From: Escherichia coli
GTDB lineage: Bacteria; Pseudomonadota; Gammaproteobacteria; Enterobacterales; Enterobacteriaceae
NCBI RefSeq assembly: GCF_045037415.1
Contig: NZ_CP173438.1
Direction: 5' to 3' (one strand)
Length of the DNA stretch: 64,000 bases
A program made the position numbers and the translations under genes. Shown one piece after another: positions 55,656 through 64,000 of the stretch. The notes beneath the pieces were generated by a model. That model was not told the DNA's origin and did not search any database. It saw only the letters and a program-made list of their open reading frames with translations. The stretch's first letter is position 1. Each line of letters begins with the position of its first letter.

Positions 55656-56075
55656 ATGACTGCTAATGCTGCACGCGCTGTTAAAGCAACAAGAGAACTG
55701 GTCAATGCAGTCCCCTTTCTGGGAGGCAGTGACTCAGAAGATGATTACCGTGAAGCACTGGAACTGGTCGAATATTTGATTGAAGAAGATGATACTAATC
55801 CACTTATCGACTTTCTGGCGAGCCGCATTGCAGAATATGAAAACAATAACGAAAAGTTTGCAGAGTTCGACAAAGCCGTTGCAGCAATGCCTGTTGGTGT
55901 GGCGTTACTTCGCACGCTGATTGATCAACATAATCTGACCTATGCAGATTTGAAGAACGAAATCGGCTCTAAATCCCTGGTCAGCCAGATTTTATCTGGA
56001 CAACGTTCCCTGACGATATCCCACATTAAGGCACTTTCAGCCCGATTTGGCGTTAAGCCGGAATGGTTTCTTTGA
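55656..56075 (+). CDS. XRE-family transcriptional regulator with C-terminal helix-turn-helix and acidic N-terminal domain (function unknown)
   Basis: 139 aa from the ATG at 55656 (longer ORF from 55587 lacks an RBS); C-terminal HTH LTYADLKNEIGSKSLVSQILSGQRSLTISHIKALSARFGV; acidic N-terminal half (SDSEDDYREALELVEYLIEEDD). Confidence 0.6.
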   Translation: MTANAARAVKATRELVNAVPFLGGSDSEDDYREALELVEYLIEEDDTNPLIDFLASRIAEYENNNEKFAEFDKAVAAMPVGVALLRTLIDQHNLTYADLKNEIGSKSLVSQILSGQRSLTISHIKALSARFGVKPEWFL

Positions 56076-56125
56076 CTGATGGCAGACGCTAAATCGCCTG
56101 ATGCGCTACGCCTATCGGGCTTTGA

Positions 56126-56157
56126 AAGGGCGCAGATTCTTAATTTTGCGCGCCCTT
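56126..56157. terminator. hairpin between convergent XRE gene and DUF4259-like gene
   Basis: Stem AAGGGCGC / GCGCCCTT with 16-nt loop, followed by GTTTGTCATT on the plus strand. Confidence 0.4.
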
Positions 56158-56166
56158 GTTTGTCAT

Positions 56167-56604
56167 TCAGGCTGTTGTCTTTACTACTCTTAATTTATCA
56201 GTAAGCTCAATCAGATATGCTTTTGCTTTTTCGCGTGCTCGCCCCTCGAAAAGCATTATCCACTCATGTGTGTCGTCGATTGTTTGTAAACGGCCCTGGA
56301 GTTTTTTGCTGAAAGTCGACGTGAGCTGATAACCGTCGAGTTGATCAATTTGTTTACTCGATGTGATTTTTTTCCCGGCTGCTTTTTGAATGATAAGTTC
56401 AACGAAACCGATAACATTATTATCGTAATTATCGTAGAGAAATTCTTCATCTCCCTGAAATCCGAACAAATCTTCATGCTGGCTTAAGCGTTGAACAATT
56501 GACTCGGCATCAAAGGTCGAATCATCTTGCAGTTGTTCCTCTACCCAATTAATCAAATCCAGCCCTTCGTCGCTTTCGAGAGCCTCCATTCCCCATGAAC
56601 CCAT
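56167..56604 (-). CDS. DUF4259-like hypothetical protein
   Basis: 145-aa ORF starting MGSWGMEALESDEGLDLINW (the MGxWG...D..LD N-terminus typical of DUF4259, assigned from memory); RBS AGGTAAGGA upstream. Confidence 0.6.
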   Translation of the reverse strand: MGSWGMEALESDEGLDLINWVEEQLQDDSTFDAESIVQRLSQHEDLFGFQGDEEFLYDNYDNNVIGFVELIIQKAAGKKITSSKQIDQLDGYQLTSTFSKKLQGRLQTIDDTHEWIMLFEGRAREKAKAYLIELTDKLRVVKTTA

Positions 56605-56896
56605 TTTGTATCCTTACCTGTTATTTCAGTCGAAATAGTATTATTCAATAAAGGTTCATCGCTAATCTGCGATGAACCTCAAAATACAATCATATGGATA
56701 GCTGACAAAGTGGTCGTTGTTCACGCCGTATCCGGCACGGTTGCTTCCCTTAAATCCTCCCCGTTACTGGCAATTACTTTTTTATACCACCAGAACGACT
56801 TGTCGGAAAAAAGTACCCAGATGTGGACTGGCAACGATAAAATATTCATTAGAAAACGGATTCTCTCTGCCTTACTACGATAAATACTGTCATCAC

Positions 56897-56924
56897 ATGT
56901 CATCGACACTAGTGTCGATGACAT
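56897..56924. promoter_or_regulatory. perfect 28-bp palindrome ATGTCATCGACACTAGTGTCGATGACAT; candidate FhlA-type activator site for hydN-hypF
   Basis: All 14 base pairs of the dyad verified position by position; contains the TCGACA / TGTCGA hexamers also clustered in the hyp-hyc control region; about 110 bp upstream of the hydN ATG. Confidence 0.4.
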
Positions 56925-57031
56925 CGTTTTTCCTGTAGTACAGAATTTAATTTCCTTAAATAACAGTAAATTAAAAACTGGCATGATTTGTGAATGTATC
57001 GGCGCATTAACTGTTATTGCTGGAGAATTTG

Positions 57032-57559
57032 ATGAACCGTTTCATCATTGCTGACGCGAGTAAATGTATTGGTTGCCGTACCTGTGAAGTGGCGTGCGTG
57101 GTTTCTCATCAGGAAAATCAGGACTGTGCATCGCTGACCCCGGAAACATTTTTACCGCGAATCCATGTCATTAAAGGTGTGAACATTTCCACGGCGACAG
57201 TCTGCCGTCAGTGTGAAGATGCACCGTGCGCTAACGTCTGCCCGAATGGTGCTATCAGCCGTGATAAAGGGTTTGTTCATGTCATGCAGGAACGTTGTAT
57301 TGGTTGCAAAACCTGCGTTGTGGCTTGCCCATATGGTGCGATGGAAGTGGTGGTGCGTCCGGTGATTCGCAACAGCGGCGCAGGGCTGAATGTACGGGCT
57401 GACAAAGCCGAAGCCAATAAATGCGACCTGTGCAACCATCGTGAAGACGGCCCGGCGTGTATGGCGGCTTGCCCGACCCATGCGCTGATTTGTGTCGATC
57501 GTAATAAACTTGAACAACTGAGCGCAGAAAAACGCCGCCGCACGGCGCTGATGTTCTAA
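57032..57559 (+). CDS. hydN: electron transport protein HydN (4Fe-4S ferredoxin-type)
   Basis: 175 aa from the ATG at 57032; four CxxCxxCxxxCP-type clusters. Confidence 0.95.
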   Translation: MNRFIIADASKCIGCRTCEVACVVSHQENQDCASLTPETFLPRIHVIKGVNISTATVCRQCEDAPCANVCPNGAISRDKGFVHVMQERCIGCKTCVVACPYGAMEVVVRPVIRNSGAGLNVRADKAEANKCDLCNHREDGPACMAACPTHALICVDRNKLEQLSAEKRRRTALMF

Positions 57560-57711
57560 AAATCTTACAGAACTGTTCTGGTATCAAAGGAATTCCCGGA
57601 AATATTCGTAGAATACGAAGCGGGCAGTATCGCCGACCTGTGACTGCCGGATGCGACGCTGTCGTGTCCGGCTGGGCGGGTTACGCAATTCATGATGGCG
57701 GGAATAACTCA

Positions 57712-59964
57712 ATGGCAAAAAACACATCTTGCGGTGTCCAACTGCGTATTCGTGGCAAAGTGCAGGGCGTCGGTTTTCGTCCGTTTGTCTGGCAACTGGC
57801 ACAGCAATTAAATCTTCACGGCGATGTCTGTAATGACGGCGATGGCGTAGAAGTCCGGCTGCTGGAAGAGCCGGAAACCTTTCTTGTTCAATTGCATCAG
57901 CATTGTCCGCCGCTGGCGCGTATTGATAGCGTCGAGCGTGAGCCGTTTATCTGGTCACAACTGCCCACCGAGTTCACTATCCGCCAGAGCACAGGCGGCG
58001 CTATGAATACGCAAATAGTTCCCGATGCCGCGACTTGCCCTGCTTGCCTTGCCGAAATGAATACCCCGGGCGAGCGGCGTTATCGTTATCCGTTTATCAA
58101 CTGTACCCACTGTGGCCCGCGTTTCACCATTATTCGCGCCATGCCTTACGACCGCCCGTTTACCGTGATGGCGGCGTTTCCGCTGTGTCCGGCTTGTGAC
58201 AAAGAGTACTGTGACCCGCTCGATCGTCGCTTCCACGCCCAGCCGGTGGCCTGCCCGGAGTGTGGCCCCCATCTTGAATGGGTAAGTCATGGTGAACATG
58301 CAGAACAAGAGGCGGCATTACAGGCAGCTATCGCACAGTTAAAAATGGGCAACATTGTCGCCATCAAAGGGATTGGCGGATTTCATCTTGCCTGCGATGC
58401 ACGTAACAGTAACGCGGTGGCGACACTTCGGGCGCGCAAACATCGCCCGGCGAAACCGCTGGCGGTCATGTTGCCAGTGGCTGACGGTTTACCAGACGCT
58501 GCGCGCCAGTTGCTTACCACGCCCGCCGCGCCGATTGTGCTGGTGGATAAAAAATATGTACCTGAGCTTTGTGATGATATCGCCCCTGGCCTTAACGAAG
58601 TCGGGGTAATGTTGCCTGCGAACCCGCTCCAGCATTTGCTGTTACAGGAACTGCAATGCCCGCTGGTGATGACCTCCGGCAACCTGAGCGGTAAACCACC
58701 GGCTATCAGCAACGAACAGGCGCTGGCGGATTTGCAGGGCATTGCCGACGGATTCTTGATACATAACCGCGACATCGTGCAGCGGATGGATGATTCGGTG
58801 GTGCGCGAAAGCGGCGAAATGCTGCGCCGTTCGCGGGGGTATGTGCCGGATGCGCTGGCTTTGCCTCCGGGCTTTAAAAATGTTCCGCCTGTGCTGTGTC
58901 TCGGCGCGGATCTGAAAAATACCTTCTGCCTGGTGCGCGGCGAACAAGCGGTGTTGAGTCAGCATCTGGGCGATTTAAGTGACGATGGCATCCAGATGCA
59001 GTGGCGCGAAGCGTTACGCCTGATGCAAAACATCTACGATTTCACTCCGCAATACGTTGTGCATGACGCGCATCCGGGCTATGTCTCCAGCCAGTGGGCG
59101 CGCGAAATGAATCTGCCGACGCAAACGGTGCTGCATCATCATGCTCACGCAGCGGCATGTCTGGCAGAACATCACTGGCCGCTGGATGGCGGAGATGTCA
59201 TTGCGTTGACACTCGACGGTATTGGTATGGGGGAGAACGGCGCTTTGTGGGGGGGAGAGTGCCTGCGGGTGAACTATCGTGAATGCGAGCACCTGGGCGG
59301 CTTGCCTGCAGTGGCGCTTGCTGGTGGCGATCTTGCCGCAAAGCAGCCGTGGCGAAACCTGCTGACGCAGTGCTTGCGTTTTGTGCCGGAGTGGCAGAGT
59401 TATCCCGAAACGGTAAGTGTGCAACAGCAAAACTGGAGCGTGCTGGCGCGGGCCATTGAGCGTGGAATCAATGCACCACTGGCGTCATCGTGTGGGCGGT
59501 TGTTCGATGCCGTAGCGGCGGCGCTGGGCTGTGCGCCAGCCACGTTAAGTTATGAAGGTGAAGCGGCTTGTGCTCTGGAGGCGCTGGCGACTTCGTGCCA
59601 CGGCGTGACGCATCCGGTGACGATGCCGCTGGTGGATAATCAACTGGATCTCGCCACCTTCTGGCAGCAGTGGCTGAACTGGCAGGCTCCGGTTAATCAA
59701 CGTGCGTGGGCGTTTCATGATGCGCTGGCGCAGGGGGGGGCCGCGTTGATGCGTGAGCAGGCCACGATGCGTGGTATCACTACGCTGGTATTTAGCGGCG
59801 GGGTTATTCATAACCGTTTGCTGCGTGCACGTCTGGCGCATTATCTCGCTGATTTCACATTGCTCTTTCCACAGAGTTTACCTGCGGGCGATGGCGGGTT
59901 GTCTCTGGGGCAGGGGGTTATTGCTGCGGCGCGTTGGTTAGCGGGTGAAGTCCAGAACGGATAA
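57712..59964 (+). CDS. hypF: carbamoyltransferase HypF (hydrogenase maturation)
   Basis: 750 aa from the ATG at 57712; acylphosphatase domain, two CxxC-x18-CxxC zinc fingers, YrdC and Kae1-like domains. Confidence 0.95.
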   Translation: MAKNTSCGVQLRIRGKVQGVGFRPFVWQLAQQLNLHGDVCNDGDGVEVRLLEEPETFLVQLHQHCPPLARIDSVEREPFIWSQLPTEFTIRQSTGGAMNTQIVPDAATCPACLAEMNTPGERRYRYPFINCTHCGPRFTIIRAMPYDRPFTVMAAFPLCPACDKEYCDPLDRRFHAQPVACPECGPHLEWVSHGEHAEQEAALQAAIAQLKMGNIVAIKGIGGFHLACDARNSNAVATLRARKHRPAKPLAVMLPVADGLPDAARQLLTTPAAPIVLVDKKYVPELCDDIAPGLNEVGVMLPANPLQHLLLQELQCPLVMTSGNLSGKPPAISNEQALADLQGIADGFLIHNRDIVQRMDDSVVRESGEMLRRSRGYVPDALALPPGFKNVPPVLCLGADLKNTFCLVRGEQAVLSQHLGDLSDDGIQMQWREALRLMQNIYDFTPQYVVHDAHPGYVSSQWAREMNLPTQTVLHHHAHAAACLAEHHWPLDGGDVIALTLDGIGMGENGALWGGECLRVNYRECEHLGGLPAVALAGGDLAAKQPWRNLLTQCLRFVPEWQSYPETVSVQQQNWSVLARAIERGINAPLASSCGRLFDAVAAALGCAPATLSYEGEAACALEALATSCHGVTHPVTMPLVDNQLDLATFWQQWLNWQAPVNQRAWAFHDALAQGGAALMREQATMRGITTLVFSGGVIHNRLLRARLAHYLADFTLLFPQSLPAGDGGLSLGQGVIAAARWLAGEVQNG

Positions 59965-59967
59965 AGC

Positions 59968-60185
59968 GTGTTGCATTTGGACACCATTGCCGGATGCGGC
60001 GTGAACGCCTTATCCGGCCTACATATTCATCCCCGCAGGTCGGATAAGACGCGCTAGCGTCGCATCCGACATTTTGGGACAGTGCAATGCGACATAAACG
60101 TATTATGTGATCAACACATGCGTTCCCTGTAGGTCGGATAAGACGCGTCAGCGCCGCATCCGACATTTGGGGCACTGTAGCTCGC
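59968..60185. repeat. cluster of REP/BIME elements between convergent hypF and norW
   Basis: At least three units carrying GCCGGATGCGGCGTGAACGCCTTATCCGGCCTACA and GTAGGTCGGATAAGACGCG...CGCATCCGACA motifs. Confidence 0.8.
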
Positions 60186-61319
60186 CTACATCGACAACGT
60201 TTTCAACAATCCAAATGCCTCTTTCATCCGATCCTCACTGACCACAAAGGCGCGAAGCTGGTCAGCATCGTCAACACCGCGCGCCACCATTCCCTGGCGT
60301 TCGGTATTAATTTGCCAGCGTAAATCCTGACGCTGGGGTTCGCCTGCCAGATGCAGCGGTAATTCCGGCGTTTTGATTTTCACCAGCATCGCCGGGAGTT
60401 TCAGCGGCGTGTTATTGCCGAGAAGATTTTTTGCCAGCACCATCGCGCTAAGTTGAATCGGCTGGAGGAACGGCAATACCTGACCGTTAATTTCCGCGCA
60501 ATCGCCCAGCGCATAAATATCGGCATTACTGGTTTGCAGATAACTATCGACGCAAACGCCGCGATTAATCGTCAGCCCGGCGCGTCGTGCCAGGGCGGTT
60601 TCCGGGCGCAGTCCGGTGGCGGCAATTACCGCATCCACTTCGATGCAGCGCTGGCGGTCCAGCGTTGCCAGAATGCCAGAATCTGTTTTTTCCAGTCCTT
60701 GCAACTGAGATTTTAACAGCAGATGAACGCCCATCTCCGTCAACCGATGCTGCAAGCGGCTGCTGACTTCCGGTGGCATTAACGACGCCAGAATACTGGC
60801 AGCGTTGTCGATTAGCGTGACCGCTTTGCCTGCCCGACAAAAATCCATCGCCAGTTCGCTACCAATCAAACCACCGCCAACAATCAACACGCGTCGGGCA
60901 TCCCGCAGTTGTGTTTCACAGGCGCGATACTCTTGCTGACTATTTAACGTCAGCATTAACTCACGCCCGGGCACTGGCGGGACAAAGGCGCTGGCACCGG
61001 TTGCCAGCACTAACTTGTCGTATTGCCACTGATTATTCTGACTTTTCACCACATGGGCTTCGGCATCGATATCCGTTACCCAGGTGTGCGGAAACAGGCG
61101 CAGATTAAACTGCTCGGCAAATTCACCTGCCGTCTGGCGGGTAAGGTCGTCGGCACGTTGCCCCTGACTGATAACATGGCTGAGGTCAGGTTTGTTGTAC
61201 TCATCCATGCTGTCGGCGGCAATCAGGGTTAATGGAATACAGGCGTCCTGTTTGCGAATATTTTTCACCAGTTGGCGGGCGGCGAAGCCCGAACCAATGA
61301 TCACAATGCCGTTGCTCAT
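60186..61319 (-). CDS. norW: NADH:flavorubredoxin reductase
   Basis: 377-aa ORF; FAD/NAD(P)-binding GSGFAA and GGGLIG motifs; overlaps the norV stop. Confidence 0.95.
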   Translation of the reverse strand: MSNGIVIIGSGFAARQLVKNIRKQDACIPLTLIAADSMDEYNKPDLSHVISQGQRADDLTRQTAGEFAEQFNLRLFPHTWVTDIDAEAHVVKSQNNQWQYDKLVLATGASAFVPPVPGRELMLTLNSQQEYRACETQLRDARRVLIVGGGLIGSELAMDFCRAGKAVTLIDNAASILASLMPPEVSSRLQHRLTEMGVHLLLKSQLQGLEKTDSGILATLDRQRCIEVDAVIAATGLRPETALARRAGLTINRGVCVDSYLQTSNADIYALGDCAEINGQVLPFLQPIQLSAMVLAKNLLGNNTPLKLPAMLVKIKTPELPLHLAGEPQRQDLRWQINTERQGMVARGVDDADQLRAFVVSEDRMKEAFGLLKTLSM

Positions 61320-62755
61320 TTTGCCTCCGATGCCAGTTCGTCAAAGACATCTTTGCCGAGAGAGCATTCCGGGCACAGGAAGTTATCCGGGACTTCACTC
61401 CACGGCGTTCCTGGCGCAACGTCCTGCATTGGCTCGCCTTTTGCCGGATCGTAAATCCACTGGCAGACGCTGCATTGCATCCGTGGGCCGAGGTCAGCCG
61501 TCGTGGCGGCAGAGGTTTCTTCTTTAACCACCGTATTCACCGTGCTCTGTGGCAGCGGCGCGAGCGCCCACTGACGGGCGATTTCGCGACCGTGTTCACG
61601 ACATAACTCCAGAGCGTCCTGGTCTGGTCGCCATTTGGCTTTCAGGCTAAGCGACATTTCGAAACCCGCATCCTGCAGGCGCGTGGAAAGACGATCCACC
61701 GCACCGCCACTCCAGCCGTGAGAGCCGAAAGCGCTGGCGCGTTTGTTACGGAAGCGTAATCCGGTCATCTCCTCCACCAGCCCGGCGATTTTCGGCATCA
61801 TCACATTATTCATCGTAGAAGTGCCGACCAGTACGCCTTTTGAGCGGAAGACATTGGTCAGGATTTCGTTTTTATCGCTTCGGGCGACGTTGAAAATTTT
61901 CACCGCCACGCGTGGGTCGGTTTCCGCAATCCCCTGGGCGATAGCGTCAGCCATCATGCGGGTGTTATTCGACATGGTGTCGTAGAAAATGGTGATTCTG
62001 TCTTCCTGATAATCCGCCGCCCATTTCAGGTACAGCTCGACAATTTGCGTCGGGTTATCGCGCCATACCACGCCGTGAGAGGTCGCTATCATATCGACTG
62101 GCAAGTTAAAGCCCAGGATCTCGGTAATTTTCGGCGTTACCAGGCGGCTGAACGGCGTCAGGATATTGGCGTAGTAACGCTGGCACTGCTCGAAAAGCTC
62201 AGTCTGATCCACTTCATCGTTGAACAGATGCTCGTCGCAGTAGTGCTGACCGAAAGCATCGTTACTGAACAGCACCGCGTCGCCTGTCAGGTAAGTCATC
62301 ATGCTGTCCGGCCAGTGCAGCATTGGCGTTTCGACAAAAATGAGTTGTTTGCCGTTGCCGATATCCAGTGTGTCGCCAGTTTTCACTACATTAAAATTCC
62401 ACTCCGGATGATGGTGATGACCATTTATCGAGTCGATAGCGTTGGCTGTACAGTAGATCGGCGTATCGGGAATTTGCGCCATCAGTTCGGTCAGCGCTCC
62501 GGCGTGGTCTTCTTCTGCATGATTAATCACGATGTAATCGATATCCGCCAGATCGATTTCATTACGCAGGTTCTGCACAAATTCGCGGCTGAATTTATGG
62601 TCGACGGTGTCGATCAGCACGTTTTTTTCTTCGCGGATGAGGTAGCTGTTGTAGCTGCTGCCGCGCAGCGTTTTATATTCTGTACCGTGAAAATCACGCA
62701 CTTCCCAGTCACGTTGACCAACCCAATGAATGTTATTTTTCACCACAATAGACAT
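61316..62755 (-). CDS. norV: anaerobic nitric oxide reductase flavorubredoxin
   Basis: 479-aa ORF; metallo-beta-lactamase-like di-iron domain, flavodoxin domain and C-terminal rubredoxin CxxC pairs. Confidence 0.95.
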   Translation of the reverse strand: MSIVVKNNIHWVGQRDWEVRDFHGTEYKTLRGSSYNSYLIREEKNVLIDTVDHKFSREFVQNLRNEIDLADIDYIVINHAEEDHAGALTELMAQIPDTPIYCTANAIDSINGHHHHPEWNFNVVKTGDTLDIGNGKQLIFVETPMLHWPDSMMTYLTGDAVLFSNDAFGQHYCDEHLFNDEVDQTELFEQCQRYYANILTPFSRLVTPKITEILGFNLPVDMIATSHGVVWRDNPTQIVELYLKWAADYQEDRITIFYDTMSNNTRMMADAIAQGIAETDPRVAVKIFNVARSDKNEILTNVFRSKGVLVGTSTMNNVMMPKIAGLVEEMTGLRFRNKRASAFGSHGWSGGAVDRLSTRLQDAGFEMSLSLKAKWRPDQDALELCREHGREIARQWALAPLPQSTVNTVVKEETSAATTADLGPRMQCSVCQWIYDPAKGEPMQDVAPGTPWSEVPDNFLCPECSLGKDVFDELASEAK

Positions 62756-62802
62756 AGCAACCTCAATTTATTCAGCGTGTTCTAAAAAGATGTCTTGCTG
62801 AT

Positions 62803-62818
62803 TGCAGATTGCGTGCCA
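62803..62818 (-). promoter_or_regulatory. sigma-54 promoter of norVW (-24 TGGCAC / -12 CTGCA)
   Basis: Reverse complement reads CTGGCACGCAATCTGCAA with canonical GG/GC spacing. Confidence 0.6.
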
Positions 62819-62873
62819 GTTTTTTATCTAATTGTTTTTACTCTATAAATAAAATTATGCTCATTAATGAGTA

Positions 62874-62929
62874 GTCAAAATGACTATCAATCAAATGGTC
62901 GATATGACAATATCTATAGTCAAATTGAC
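62874..62929. promoter_or_regulatory. three NorR enhancer sites (GT-N7-AC)
   Basis: GTCAAAATGAC (62874-62884), GTCGATATGAC (62898-62908), GTCAAATTGAC (62919-62929), upstream of the sigma-54 promoter. Confidence 0.6.
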
Positions 62930-62941
62930 AGTGAGGCAAAG

Positions 62942-64000
62942 ATGAGTTTTTCCGTTGATGTGCTGGCGAATATCGCCATCGAATTGCAGCGTGGGATTGG
63001 TCATCAGGATCGTTTTCAGCGCCTGATCACTACGCTGCGTCAGGTGCTGGAGTGCGATGCGTCTGCGTTGCTACGTTACGACTCGCGGCAGTTTATTCCG
63101 CTTGCCATCGACGGGCTGGCGAAGGATGTACTCGGTAGACGCTTTGCGCTGGAAGGGCATCCACGGCTGGAAGCGATTGCCCGCGCGGGTGATGTGGTGC
63201 GCTTTCCCGCAGACAGCGAATTGCCCGATCCTTATGACGGTCTGATTCCAGGGCAGGAGAGTCTGAAGGTTCACGCCTGCGTTGGTTTGCCGTTGTTTGC
63301 CGGGCAAAACCTGATCGGTGCCTTGACGCTCGACGGGATGCAGCCCGATCAGTTCGATGTTTTCAGCGACGAAGAGTTACGCCTGATTGCTGCGCTGGCG
63401 GCGGGAGCGTTAAGCAATGCGTTACTGATTGAACAACTGGAAAGCCAGAATATGCTGCCAGGCGATGCCGCGCCGTTTGAAGCGGTGAAACAGACGCAGA
63501 TGATTGGTTTGTCCCCAGGCATGACGCAATTGAAAAAAGAGATTGAGATTGTGGCGGCATCCGATCTCAACGTTTTAATTAGCGGTGAGACGGGAACCGG
63601 TAAGGAGCTGGTGGCGAAAGCGATTCATGAAGCCTCGCCACGGGCGGTGAATCCGCTGGTCTATCTCAACTGTGCCGCACTGCCGGAAAGTGTGGCGGAA
63701 AGTGAGTTGTTCGGGCATGTGAAAGGGGCGTTTACTGGTGCTATCAGTAACCGCAGCGGGAAGTTTGAAATGGCGGATAACGGCACGCTGTTTCTCGATG
63801 AGATCGGCGAGTTGTCGTTGGCATTGCAGGCCAAGCTGCTGAGGGTGTTGCAGTATGGCGATATTCAACGCGTTGGCGATGACCGCAGTTTGCGGGTCGA
63901 TGTGCGCGTGCTGGCGGCGACTAACCGTGACTTACGCGAAGAGGTACTGGCAGGGCGATTTCGCGCTGACTTGTTCCACCGCCTGAGCGTGTTTCCACTT
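62942..64000 (+). CDS. norR: anaerobic nitric oxide reductase transcriptional activator NorR (5' part; runs off window end)
   Basis: ATG at 62942; GAF domain then AAA+ sigma-54 interaction domain ([14 protein letters not shown]); truncated by window edge. Confidence 0.9.
   Translation, partial: MSFSVDVLANIAIELQRGIGHQDRFQRLITTLRQVLECDASALLRYDSRQFIPLAIDGLAKDVLGRRFALEGHPRLEAIARAGDVVRFPADSELPDPYDGLIPGQESLKVHACVGLPLFAGQNLIGALTLDGMQPDQFDVFSDEELRLIAALAAGALSNALLIEQLESQNMLPGDAAPFEAVKQTQMIGLSPGMTQLKKEIEIVAASDLNVLISGETGTGKELVAKAIHEASPRAVNPLVYLNCAALPESVAESELFGHVKGAFTGAISNRSGKFEMADNGTLFLDEIGELSLALQAKLLRVLQYGDIQRVGDDRSLRVDVRVLAATNRDLREEVLAGRFRADLFHRLSVFPL

Noticed and set aside
56979-56995. Candidate sigma-54 promoter TGGCATGATTTGTGAA upstream of hydN
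   Set aside because: The -24 element is good but the -12 position reads GA instead of the near-invariant GC, so it is not annotated.

Overview
This window is a contiguous stretch of Escherichia coli chromosome, syntenic (in reverse orientation) with the K-12 region around cysJIH, rpoS, mutS, hyp, hyc and norVW; all comparisons to K-12 are from memory, not from an alignment. Gene order: scrY (5' part) and scrK; ygcE-yqcE (minus strand); ygcW-ygcU-ygcS-ygcR-ygcQ (plus strand); ygcP-ygcO-ygcN and queD (minus strand); cysJ-cysI-cysH; a hok/sok-type type I toxin locus; iap; cysD-cysN-cysC; ygbE, ftsB, ispD, ispF, truD, surE, pcm, nlpD, rpoS; a two-gene AT-rich insert (WrbA-like flavoprotein, secreted metallo-beta-lactamase-fold hydrolase); ygbN-ygbM-ygbL-ygbK-ygbJ and ygbI (threonate/erythronate catabolism); pphB; mutS; ygbA; a di-Mop molbindin gene; fhlA; hypEDCBA; hycABCDEFGHI; a 1.6-kb insert with an XRE-type HTH protein and a DUF4259-like protein; hydN-hypF; norW-norV; norR (5' part). 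Three places differ from the K-12 layout as I recall it: the cysH-iap interval carries only a hok-like gene where K-12 has CRISPR-Cas I-E, the hycI-hydN interval lacks ascGFB, and a sucrose (scr) module abuts ygcE. The most interesting signal I found is in front of ygcW: a perfect CRP site and a strong intrinsic terminator sit in the 5' leader of an operon whose cluster also encodes a GlpP-like RNA antiterminator (ygcP) and an ETF/ETF-QO electron-transfer set, suggesting an uncharacterised antitermination-controlled catabolic system. No rRNA, tRNA, CRISPR array, IS element or prophage was detected.
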